A stretch of DNA of 64,000 nucleotides, from positions 92,072,001-92,136,000 of the forward strand of contig NW_024704742.1 of NCBI RefSeq assembly GCF_018977255.1, written 5' to 3'. Shown one piece after another: positions 63,803 through 64,000 of the stretch. The DNA is from Callorhinchus milii. Its lineage: Eukaryota. Made by a program: the position numbers and the translations under genes. Within the stretch, counting starts at the first letter, position 1. The number at the start of each line of letters is the position of its first letter. The notes under the pieces are model-generated. The model searched no databases. It was not told the DNA's origin and was given only the letters and a program-made list of their open reading frames with translations.

Positions 63803-64000
63803 TGTAGCTTAGTGGTTAGAACACTAACCTCACAAGCGAGAGGACCTGGGTTCCATTCCTGGGCAATGCGAAATGTTGGGCAAGCTTCCTTACTCCATAA
63901 TCCTCTGTTTACCTAGCCGTAAGTAGGAACCCGGGTGTTAGTCAATTGGCGGATCGCTTTTCCAGGGTAATCGCTTAAAAAAACAAATTGGTCACTCAAT
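63803..64000 (+). mobile_element. Young SINE, long variant, cut by the window end
   Basis: gtagcttagtggttagaaca head; ctctgtttacctagccgtaagtaggaaccc block. Confidence 0.88.

Overview
This is AT-rich vertebrate genomic DNA, not prokaryotic. The repeat content (tRNA-headed Deu-domain SINEs, L2 LINEs ending in (TTG)n, CR1 LINEs ending in TCTTGTGA repeats) points to a cartilaginous fish, most likely a holocephalan such as elephant shark; that is an inference from repeat families. No intact protein-coding exon can be identified with confidence. The first ~5.8 kb looks like the promoter and non-coding 5' exons of a minus-strand gene running off the left edge: a YY1/ETS motif, a perfect GTAAGT donor, a CRE site, G-runs and two compound minisatellites. 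The remaining ~58 kb is intergenic or intronic-like and dense in fossil mobile elements. The most interesting patterns are about transposon biology: (i) L2 insertions with 6-8 bp target-site duplications and a recurrent ATWTCA target in register with the (TTG)n tail; (ii) two independent insertions at nearly the same point of an older SINE; (iii) long and short structural variants of a young tRNA-Ala-like SINE; (iv) a possibly bipartite, internally deleted CR1; (v) two diverged copies of a zinc-knuckle non-LTR ORF remnant; (vi) a fully palindromic MITE; and (vii) an exon-like frame interrupted only by TGA codons. I found no evidence for a CRISPR array, operon or other novel enzymatic system. 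Family names come from recalled consensus motifs, not database searches, and element boundaries are approximate.
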